IMG/VR virus record: IMGVR_UViG_3300037991_006877
Span: 1 to 35,382 of that record
Source of the DNA: a virus
Lineage: Duplodnaviria > Caudoviricetes
Strand: one strand, 5' to 3'
Length of the DNA stretch: 35,382 nucleotides
In this document: positions 27,941-35,382 of the stretch, in pieces
How positions within the stretch are numbered: position 1 is the first letter of the stretch
How the letters are laid out: every line of letters begins with the position of its first letter
Notes under the pieces: model-generated
The model's database searches: none
Seen by the model: only the letters and a program-made list of their open reading frames with translations
What the model was told of the DNA's origin: nothing
Translations under genes and position numbers: made by a program

Positions 27941-28677
27941 AATTCTCGTTTACGACTCATATTATTATCCCATTCATCGGTAAGAGTACTAAAATCTTTT
28001 TTAAAATCTCTGAAAAATTTAGATGTTAATGGAGTATATTCTTTAAATAGGTGTCTCATATTAACTCTAATTATTTGATGATTTACATAACCAGGAAATT
28101 TTTCTTGTTCGTATTTATTTTCATATAAAAATTTATCAGGGTCTTTATGGCAATTTATTCCATCAAAAAAGTATTTACTTTCTGCAAATTCATTTATAAA
28201 CTTAAGCATTGGTTCTTTACACCCATACCATAATGGATCAAAAAAATCATATTCTTTATTTTTAAACCCTGTTTTAGAGTATATAGCATTAGGGTTAATA
28301 TTTTCAAATATATTGTAGTCAAAATATTCTATAGAATCTAACCTTTTAACTACTATAAGGTCGTAGTGTTTATTACTACTTATTAAATTAGTAGCACATA
28401 ATTTTAACTGATACCAAGGTCTTGAACCTACAGCGATGCTTTTAGTGTTATTTACAATACAAACAGTAGCATTAGGTAAAAATTGTTTAATTTTTTCAGT
28501 TGTCGGTATATGTAAGATATCATAAGGATTGTCAGATACATCTAATCCTTTTTCTCTACTAGTATCCCATGTTGTAATATAGTAATCTGGATTATATTTA
28601 CCGTATGTATCTTGCCAAGTGGGAGCTACTTCTTCGAATTGTCTATATAATCCAAAACCAAAAACTGCTATTTTCAT
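27937..28677 (-). CDS. Putative glycosyltransferase-like protein (RxD type), distant paralog of the neighbour
   Basis: MKIAVFGFG..R, Y.TTW, YDLIVVKRLD, D...G...M. Confidence 0.55.
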   Translation of the reverse strand: MKIAVFGFGLYRQFEEVAPTWQDTYGKYNPDYYITTWDTSREKGLDVSDNPYDILHIPTTEKIKQFLPNATVCIVNNTKSIAVGSRPWYQLKLCATNLISSNKHYDLIVVKRLDSIEYFDYNIFENINPNAIYSKTGFKNKEYDFFDPLWYGCKEPMLKFINEFAESKYFFDGINCHKDPDKFLYENKYEQEKFPGYVNHQIIRVNMRHLFKEYTPLTSKFFRDFKKDFSTLTDEWDNNMSRKREL

Positions 28678-30053
28678 TACTTAAAGTTTTCTAAATAGTA
28701 TTTCAAATCTTCAGGTGTACCTAGGCACCACATTTTAGGAATATCGAAAGTACGAATTTCTTTTCCATCTTTAACTGCTTCATTAAATACAGGACATACA
28801 TAAAACTCATTATTTACTCTTAAATTTTTATCAATCATTTGTTCTGCATATTTTACAAAATCAGAACCTTTTTTCCAATAGTAATATCCCACAGTAGCTA
28901 TATCTGAGATTGGATCTTTTTCTGCTACTTCAGTTACTAGTCCTTTATCATTTATTTTAGCAAAACTATATTTAGGGTGTGTTCCTTTGAAAGATACTAT
29001 TCCTCCATCTGCATCAGTTTCATTCATCTTATATAAGAATTCATTTGAATCCCATTCAGCATATTGATCTGAGTTTGCAAAAAATAGTGGATTATCATTA
29101 TCTATATATTCTTTAGCTAATAGTGCAGTACATGCTGCACCTTCGGTTAAACTATTTACTTCAACAATTTTACAACCAGGTGTTAATAGGTTTAATAAAG
29201 TATCTAAATTATATTTTTCTCTATGTTCTTTTTGTACAACGTAGACATAGTTAGCTTTTATGTTTAGGTTATCAACTACGATTTGTATCATAGGTTTGCC
29301 TTTAACATCAATTAATGGTTTAGGAAATGTATATCCTGCTTGCTGAAATCTACTTCCAGCTCCTGCCATAGGAATTAATACAGTAAGTTTTTCATCTCTC
29401 CATGCTGGTGTTGATTGTTGTTCTCCCATTTGTATTTGATTTAATTTATTATGTATGTTTATTAATGTTGTTTCTTTTGTATTTTTAACTCTTAAAATAT
29501 GTGATTTAGAACGTGATGCTGCAAGTAATCCATAAGGTGAGTCTTCAACTATTAAAGTTTCTTCAGGTAAACAGCTCATCATTGATATTGCTTTCCAATA
29601 CATTTCTGGATGTGGTTTACCATTTTTTACATCTTCGTTAGATATAATAAGATCTAAAAATTCTATCAATCCTAATTTAGATAAAACTGTAAGGCAGGTT
29701 CTACGTATTGAATTAGAGCATACTGCTAATTTTATTCCCTGGCTATGTAGTTCTTTAAACGTTTTTACTAGTTCCTTATTATGTTTTAAATTAGTTAATT
29801 TATTAAGAGTTAATTGTTGTTTTCTTTCCCATACTTGATTATGTATTTCAGCAGGTAACCCTTTATCTTTAGTTAATAAGTCTAATTTTTGATATGTTTT
29901 TAACCCATCGTACTTATTTAAATGCTCATTCCACATTATCTTATAACCAGCGTTTACTTCAGATAGAGCTTCGTTTAAAGCATCAAAATGTATATTTTTA
30001 GCTTCAACTAAAACCCCGTCTAAATCGAAAATAATTAATTTTATAGTGGTCAT
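28677..30053 (-). CDS. HAD phosphatase fused to sugar nucleotidyltransferase
   Basis: N-terminal FDLDGVL, CSNS, KPHPE, VEDS..G; C-terminal IPMAGAGSRF...PKPLI, EGAA, NSDQ, EK..IS, EFYVCP, LGTPEDL. Confidence 0.88.
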   Translation of the reverse strand: MTTIKLIIFDLDGVLVEAKNIHFDALNEALSEVNAGYKIMWNEHLNKYDGLKTYQKLDLLTKDKGLPAEIHNQVWERKQQLTLNKLTNLKHNKELVKTFKELHSQGIKLAVCSNSIRRTCLTVLSKLGLIEFLDLIISNEDVKNGKPHPEMYWKAISMMSCLPEETLIVEDSPYGLLAASRSKSHILRVKNTKETTLINIHNKLNQIQMGEQQSTPAWRDEKLTVLIPMAGAGSRFQQAGYTFPKPLIDVKGKPMIQIVVDNLNIKANYVYVVQKEHREKYNLDTLLNLLTPGCKIVEVNSLTEGAACTALLAKEYIDNDNPLFFANSDQYAEWDSNEFLYKMNETDADGGIVSFKGTHPKYSFAKINDKGLVTEVAEKDPISDIATVGYYYWKKGSDFVKYAEQMIDKNLRVNNEFYVCPVFNEAVKDGKEIRTFDIPKMWCLGTPEDLKYYLENFK

Positions 30054-30057
30054 ATTA

Positions 30058-30089
30058 TAAAGATAAGAAATTTATTGTAATTATACAAC
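30058..30089 (-). promoter_or_regulatory. Putative Bacteroidota-type promoter upstream of the HAD-NTase gene
   Basis: Coding strand GTTG-N20-TATCTTTA, 4 nt before the ATG. Confidence 0.55.
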
Positions 30090-30860
30090 ATTATTGCTTT
30101 TTATATATTCAGTTAAATAATTACCCCAATCGATATGACCCACATCACTAGGATGGCATCCTACAAATATTTTACCATCACCCCATGTTTCTAAATTATA
30201 TTTTTTTAACAAATATTCTTTCATATGACCTTCTTCTAATGAGTTATGAACCCAGTTATTAAGATTAATATAATCTGCTGCTTTATCCTCTTTAGGTATA
30301 ACATAATCGAATGCGTTAAAAAATAAGTATTTAATGTTATTATTTTCTAAAAAAGACTGAAGGTATAATATATCGTGAAGAAAATGTGAAGTAAAAATAT
30401 TATCTTTTATAATCATATCTTTATTCATCGAAAGAGGTCTCATAGTATCAGTATGTATAAACTTTTTATCTTTTCTTATAAATATTTTTTGTCTAAACAT
30501 CGACGACCAGCCTACCACTACAAAAATATCACTATGCCCTAAATCTTGTAAATATTTTATAGAGTAGATAGTGGTTTCACATATTTTCCTATTATCAGCT
30601 CCTAACCTACCGCAGTTCCATGTATGTAAATTTAAGTTTCTTCCTAGTACTTTTGGCCAAACTTCACTATCATAAAATTTATATAAAAGTTTAGTATCTT
30701 TATACCCTGTGTTATCTACTATATTTGTAGGTGAATGGAGTGGGTTACCAAAATGCGGTACTATATCATACCAGTCAAGATTCTTCTTGGCTTCCCAGTT
30801 TAATTTTTGTGAAGGATTATCTCCTTGAGTCCAACTATCTCCCCCTGTCAGTAATATCAT
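30081..30860 (-). CDS. SGNH/GDSL hydrolase-like protein
   Basis: GDSWT, G..G.DN, VGWS...R, C-terminal HP...H. Confidence 0.7.
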   Translation of the reverse strand: MILLTGGDSWTQGDNPSQKLNWEAKKNLDWYDIVPHFGNPLHSPTNIVDNTGYKDTKLLYKFYDSEVWPKVLGRNLNLHTWNCGRLGADNRKICETTIYSIKYLQDLGHSDIFVVVGWSSMFRQKIFIRKDKKFIHTDTMRPLSMNKDMIIKDNIFTSHFLHDILYLQSFLENNNIKYLFFNAFDYVIPKEDKAADYINLNNWVHNSLEEGHMKEYLLKKYNLETWGDGKIFVGCHPSDVGHIDWGNYLTEYIKSNNVV

Positions 30861-31692
30861 ATCTTTTTAGTCCTGTACCTCCTTTCATGTGAGTCATAAA
30901 AGGAATATTATTAAAAAAATGAACATTCCCTACTAAATCAGGGTATTGTTCTTTATAGTAATCCTTACTATGTTCAAAAGTTTCATAAAATCCTGGTAGG
31001 TGTAGGTATTTTAAATTTTTATCATTACAAGTAATAGTTGCAAGATGATTATTATCACCTCTACACCAATCTACCCATATATTATGTTTAGTATAAAAAT
31101 CTTTTCTGCATAAAAACCAATAGCAATCAGCAAAATAATTCATTCCTTTGAAGGTTGCATCTTTTAGAGGTTTTTTATCTATAGTTATATATTCATAATT
31201 ATTTTCTTCTAGAGTAGTTACTGCATCTTTTATCAATTTTTCCGTCTTATAATACTCATCTAAGTATAATGTATCATTATGTTGCAAAATAAAGTAATCT
31301 CCTGTTGCTACTGCTAACCCGTGTTCAAACCCTAAAGCTGTGATTTCAGCTTGATTAGATCCTTTTATTCCTATACCTCTATCGTATAGGCCTATTCTAT
31401 CTTTTATATTACTAAATAAATATTTATTATCTTCTATTTCTTTATCATTCCATGCTCCTATACTAGGCACTACTTTTAAGGAAGGTAAAGAAAATTCCTT
31501 TGGAAAATCTCCAGAATTATCTAATAATATTACTTCTTTATTGATATCTAATGAATCTATTTGTTTAAGTATTTTCTTAGTGAATTCTAGGATAGTTTTA
31601 TCATAGTACCTATCTTTAGAACTCCATGATTTTGGATCCATAAGAATCATGTTCTTAATACTTGAATATACTAATATAAAACTTACTTTCAT
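30835..31692 (-). CDS. Putative GT-A fold (GT2-like) glycosyltransferase
   Basis: MKVSFI, EVILLDN, G...ATGDYFILQHND. Confidence 0.6.
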   Translation of the reverse strand: MKVSFILVYSSIKNMILMDPKSWSSKDRYYDKTILEFTKKILKQIDSLDINKEVILLDNSGDFPKEFSLPSLKVVPSIGAWNDKEIEDNKYLFSNIKDRIGLYDRGIGIKGSNQAEITALGFEHGLAVATGDYFILQHNDTLYLDEYYKTEKLIKDAVTTLEENNYEYITIDKKPLKDATFKGMNYFADCYWFLCRKDFYTKHNIWVDWCRGDNNHLATITCNDKNLKYLHLPGFYETFEHSKDYYKEQYPDLVGNVHFFNNIPFMTHMKGGTGLKRYDITDRGR

Positions 31693-32522
31693 TGAAATCT
31701 ACCTCTATAATATTTGTGATTAAAAATTTGTTGTTTGTTAAATTCGTTTAATTCGTTATATTGTTCTGAAATAGTTAAATTACTAAATCTTCTTAATTCA
31801 GATAACATGTCTGGGGTCATAGATACTTTACCGTCTCTGGTTTCATCTATTTTTAAAATCGTAAAATGCCTTTCTAATACGTCTATACCTTGAAATATAG
31901 CTAATTTAGGAGTAAGTAAATTATCTTCATAAGGATTAGAATGATCACTATATCCTATTTTATCTAAACTAAAATAATACTTATAAAAATCTATATTTTG
32001 CAAATTCGCTTTTTCAAGAGGAGTAGGATAAACACAAGTACACCCTAGTAAACAAAAATCTATCTCCATTTTTTTTAAATTATTTATAGTTTTAGATAAT
32101 TCGTTAAGAGATAAACTAGAAGCTGAAAAGTATAATGTTTTAAAATTTAGATCGGATAATTTTTTACCGTAATCAAACGCTGGTATAGAGTATCCTGATA
32201 GTTTTAAATTATCGTACCCTAAGGAATTAAAATAGTCTATATGTTTAGGAGTAAATAATGTAGTCATAGATTCAACATCATGCTCTTTACATTTTTCAAT
32301 AAAGAATTTTTCATCTTCCCATGATAACTCTATACTTTTTAATCTATTAAACTCACCTTTATAAGGTCTAAAATCTTCATATTCTTTTCTTTTGGTAAGC
32401 GTGTCTGCTTTAATAGACTGTATTTTTAGTATATCACTATCACAAGCGGCATACTCTATCATAGACTCAAGAATAGACCTATCTCCGTTATGGTTTTGAC
32501 AAAGTTCTGATATTATTTTCAT
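31689..32522 (-). CDS. neuB: NeuB-family nonulosonic (sialic) acid synthase, lacking the C-terminal SAF/antifreeze-like domain
   Basis: IISELCQNHNG, KIQ, K.SG, C...YPTP...ANL, GYSDH, ERHFT. Confidence 0.88.
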   Translation of the reverse strand: MKIISELCQNHNGDRSILESMIEYAACDSDILKIQSIKADTLTKRKEYEDFRPYKGEFNRLKSIELSWEDEKFFIEKCKEHDVESMTTLFTPKHIDYFNSLGYDNLKLSGYSIPAFDYGKKLSDLNFKTLYFSASSLSLNELSKTINNLKKMEIDFCLLGCTCVYPTPLEKANLQNIDFYKYYFSLDKIGYSDHSNPYEDNLLTPKLAIFQGIDVLERHFTILKIDETRDGKVSMTPDMLSELRRFSNLTISEQYNELNEFNKQQIFNHKYYRGRFQ

Positions 32523-32523
32523 T

Positions 32524-33090
32524 TTATAGTGGGCTTAATCTTAATCCGTCATTTTTTATATCAGGTATTTCAGATGTGTATCCTAATTTTTTATAATACT
32601 TAACACACCCTTGTCTTCCATCTATAAAATAAGGTATTTCTTTTCCTATATAATCTACAAGTAGCTTTAAATTTAACGTTACCCCAAGTCTATCCCCATA
32701 CGCCCTATAATCAGGGCCGTCTAATATTACAAAATCTACATCTTTATAAGATTCTAGATCGTGAACATAAGTAAACTTATCGTCTTCTATTATACTATCT
32801 CCTACTAATATAATATTGTTAAATTCATTACTTCCATCTTCATTATGATGATCCCACCATTCTTTTACCTCTTCAATTCCAATTATTTTACCGCCATAAT
32901 TTAATTCATTAATTAATAAAGTAAGTACATAAGTACTTCTCCCTCCTCCATATTCTAATGTAAACTTAGGTTTATTTTCTATAATGTACTTCATTGCTCC
33001 TAAGTACTTACCATCCCTACATGATAGTACTTTATACCATTCACTGTTAGGTGATGATTCTAAATAATTTACAAATTCTTGATCTGTCAT
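32524..33090 (-). CDS. Putative class I SAM-dependent methyltransferase
   Basis: LEYGGGRST, GIEE..EW, DFVILDGP. Confidence 0.65.
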   Translation of the reverse strand: MTDQEFVNYLESSPNSEWYKVLSCRDGKYLGAMKYIIENKPKFTLEYGGGRSTYVLTLLINELNYGGKIIGIEEVKEWWDHHNEDGSNEFNNIILVGDSIIEDDKFTYVHDLESYKDVDFVILDGPDYRAYGDRLGVTLNLKLLVDYIGKEIPYFIDGRQGCVKYYKKLGYTSEIPDIKNDGLRLSPL

Positions 33091-33926
33091 AATCTATTTT
33101 TTATTAGCTCAAACAAAATTTTATTTGAACCTGGTGATGGATGTCCTCCGCAAAAATATTCTCCATACGGTGGATAATTACTCCTTTTCGATGTATCATT
33201 AAAATCTGGGTATTTTTCTGCATGCAATTTTCTAATATAATGATACCAGCAGTCTTCAGGGGTTTTAAACTCACCCTGTTTATCATTTACGTTATATTTT
33301 AAATTTGATTCGTTACCATACTCTGCTGAATTTATACCGAAAGAAATAAACGGTAATTCATTTTTTAATTCTCCTAAATTATCTTCTATTGAATTCCATA
33401 TAAAATAATCTATATTTTTTAGTTTTAAGTAGCTATCGAAAAGTTTAATTTTTCTTCTCAATTTTTTTTCTTCAACTTTTGTATTATAAAAATTTTGAGT
33501 ATATGTTTTTGCCCATGTATATAATTCTTTACTTAATGATTCATCTCCTAATAATTTTTTAGCTCTTTTTTTAGCTATAGGACTCTCCCAAGGTTTAGCA
33601 GCAGGGAAATCAAAAGGATGTATATCATAAAACAATTGATCATGTTCACTCCATATTTCCATCCTAGTAAGACCTGAAAGACCTATAAGTACTAGTGGAT
33701 TACTAGATGGGTTTTCTTCTATCCATTCAAAAGCTTTTCTTATAATACTTTCATTAGAACCCCCAGGTCTAGCAACGTTTACTTCCGGAATATTTAAATG
33801 TTTTGCTACTAATGATGAAGCTCTATACTTTTTTTGAGTAGTTACAGCATCTTCGTTTTTATCTACTATATTTGCTCCTACAGTAAAACTACAACCGCTA
33901 GCTAAAACGTGACTATATTTCTTCAT
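33087..33926 (-). CDS. SGNH/GDSL hydrolase-like protein
   Basis: GCSFT, N.A.PGGSN..I.R, IG.S...R.E, C-terminal GHP. Confidence 0.7.
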   Translation of the reverse strand: MKKYSHVLASGCSFTVGANIVDKNEDAVTTQKKYRASSLVAKHLNIPEVNVARPGGSNESIIRKAFEWIEENPSSNPLVLIGLSGLTRMEIWSEHDQLFYDIHPFDFPAAKPWESPIAKKRAKKLLGDESLSKELYTWAKTYTQNFYNTKVEEKKLRRKIKLFDSYLKLKNIDYFIWNSIEDNLGELKNELPFISFGINSAEYGNESNLKYNVNDKQGEFKTPEDCWYHYIRKLHAEKYPDFNDTSKRSNYPPYGEYFCGGHPSPGSNKILFELIKNRL

Positions 33927-34755
33927 AATATTTTAATTTTTCAATTACTCTATTATAAGCTTTTTCTTGAGATTCTAAAGCTGTACCTCCTATATGAGGA
34001 GTTATTGTTAAATTATCTAATCTAGTTTTTTTCAGAATAGAAGATTCATTAGTATGTTCTTCTTGTATAACATCTGTTGCATATCCTAATATTTGTTTAT
34101 TTTTCAATAACTCTAAAATTTCTTTTTCATCAACAACTTCACCTCTACTGGTGTTTACTATAAATAGTTTTTTAGAAAACTTTTTAATAAATTTCCTTCC
34201 AATTAACTTTATGTTATCATCATTTAAATCTATGTTTATACTTAAAAAATCAATATTTTTAAAAAACTCTGGTTTATTATGATTCTTATCCATAACATAT
34301 ACTTTATTGAATAAAGGTCTTGCTAATCTTTTTACCATACTACCTAATCTCCCATGTCCTAATATACCTAAATTCTTAGAATGAAGTTCAACTATATTGT
34401 TTGTTTGACGAGGGAGTTTTAACATTAAATATAAATTATGTTCAGCTGTTGACCAAATATTTTTTAATACAGGGTCATTTTTTATATGAATGATATCTAC
34501 TGATTGTGCTTGTATATGATTTAAGCCAGTTGAGGGTGTAATAATTTTTGATACTTTAGTACCTTTCAGCATTTTATCTGTAATAATATAATTTAAGTAA
34601 TTTGGAGCAGCAAATAAATAATCGCATTCCTTAAATAATTGCTGTTGTTCTTTATTAGTTAGATCTGATAAATCTAAGCATTTAAAATTATTAGATACTA
34701 TTTTCCTAAATTTAGGTAAATGTCTGTACGGTGTTAAAAAGCCTATTGTTTCCAT
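33913..34755 (-). CDS. D-isomer-specific 2-hydroxyacid dehydrogenase family protein
   Basis: TGLNHI, STAEH, GILGHGRLG, VNTSRGEVVDE, DV...E, TPHIGG. Confidence 0.88.
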   Translation of the reverse strand: METIGFLTPYRHLPKFRKIVSNNFKCLDLSDLTNKEQQQLFKECDYLFAAPNYLNYIITDKMLKGTKVSKIITPSTGLNHIQAQSVDIIHIKNDPVLKNIWSTAEHNLYLMLKLPRQTNNIVELHSKNLGILGHGRLGSMVKRLARPLFNKVYVMDKNHNKPEFFKNIDFLSINIDLNDDNIKLIGRKFIKKFSKKLFIVNTSRGEVVDEKEILELLKNKQILGYATDVIQEEHTNESSILKKTRLDNLTITPHIGGTALESQEKAYNRVIEKLKYYEEI

Positions 34756-34756
34756 A

Positions 34757-35380
34757 TTAACTATAAAATGTTTCTTCTATAATCCACTGGTTAAAATTTT
34801 CTCCTGTCTTCCAGTACTCATGTTCGCAGTTTAAAATAGCTATTGTTTTTTCTTTGTTACTGCTTAAAGCTACTGTTGAATTTATATAATATAGTAATTC
34901 AATAAAATCTCTGTTAAAAGTTTTTACTTTTTTAGAATTAAAATAAATACAAAAACCTTTAAAATTATGTTTTTTTACTATATCATTAAAACTATCACAT
35001 TCCTCTATTCTTGCATATTCAATATTAGAGGGAAAGAAAAGTTGTTTTTGTTGATCTGGGTCGTCGTTTATAGGATCTTTCAAAAAATTTGCATATGATT
35101 TTAGTTCTTGATATTCCTTATAAGGTAAATTTAAAAACGGACTGTTAGGTTTAGATAAATCAATATTTAAAGAAAGTCCTTTCTGTGTTTCTTTATTCTC
35201 GTGAAACTGCAGATCATCTCCTAAGTTTGCTGTACCGTTAAATAATTCCTTTCTATTTTTATTTTGAAATTTATCTGCTAATTCTAAGGAAGTAGTATAT
35301 ATGATAAATTTATTATTCCAAAATATTTCCGAAAAATTTCTCATTGAAATAAAACTATTTTCAACATAATACTTAGAATT
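34757..35380 (-). CDS. Hypothetical protein, probably 5'-truncated by the window edge
   Basis: The frame stays open upstream of the ATG at 35344 to the window end (NSKYYVENSFIS-MRN...). Confidence 0.6.
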   Translation of the reverse strand, partial: NSKYYVENSFISMRNFSEIFWNNKFIIYTTSLELADKFQNKNRKELFNGTANLGDDLQFHENKETQKGLSLNIDLSKPNSPFLNLPYKEYQELKSYANFLKDPINDDPDQQKQLFFPSNIEYARIEECDSFNDIVKKHNFKGFCIYFNSKKVKTFNRDFIELLYYINSTVALSSNKEKTIAILNCEHEYWKTGENFNQWIIEETFYS

Positions 35381-35382
35381 AT

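Noticed and set aside
6301-28078. Plus-strand ORFs in the track (e.g. 6301-6510, 7305-7691, 8678-9055, 12830-13174, 20780-22810, 24699-24914, 26474-26671)
   Set aside because: They are antisense shadows of well-supported minus-strand genes, with no recognisable motifs.
8839-33286. Short nested minus-strand ORFs (8839-9084, 11030-11215, 33104-33286)
   Set aside because: They are out-of-frame within conserved genes, with no independent signals.
1-35382. Stop-codon reassignment
   Set aside because: Genes are full length and tightly packed under the standard code, and TAA, TAG and TGA all end genes.
1-35382. CRISPR array, tRNA/rRNA, integrase or transposase
   Set aside because: No repeat-spacer pattern or such motifs were seen, and intergenic gaps are at most about 125 nt.

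Overview
AT-rich segment of a large tailed dsDNA phage (contractile-tailed, T4-like gene set). All credible genes are on the minus strand. Reading right to left in transcription order: (1) a glycan and sugar-modification cluster (2-hydroxyacid dehydrogenase, two SGNH hydrolases, methyltransferase, NeuB, GT-like proteins, HAD-nucleotidyltransferase fusion; ~27.0-35.4 kb); (2) a tail module (sheath, tube, chaperone pair with a probable programmed frameshift, tape measure, baseplate; ~14.3-26.7 kb); (3) a replication module (atypical compact family A polymerase-like protein, SSB, RecA/UvsX, 5'-3' exonuclease, helicase, RNR beta and alpha; ~5.4-14.3 kb); (4) a second glycan cluster (two tandem Skp1/Gnt1-type GT60-like protein GlcNAc transferases, carbamoyltransferase, methyltransferase, HtrL-like GT; 1-5.4 kb). 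Two recurrent intergenic motifs are visible. One is GTTG-N20-TAT(A/C)TT, resembling a Bacteroidota housekeeping promoter and suggesting a Bacteroidota host. The other is TATTTAT(A/T) on the coding strand, the reverse complement of the T4 late box. The most notable observations are a PolA-like enzyme with a His at the steric gate and a YDS motif C, a +1/-2 frameshift site in the tail chaperone pair, a candidate phage protein-glycosylation system, and an RNR beta with a class Id-like ligand set. All product calls come from motif recognition by eye, not from database searches.
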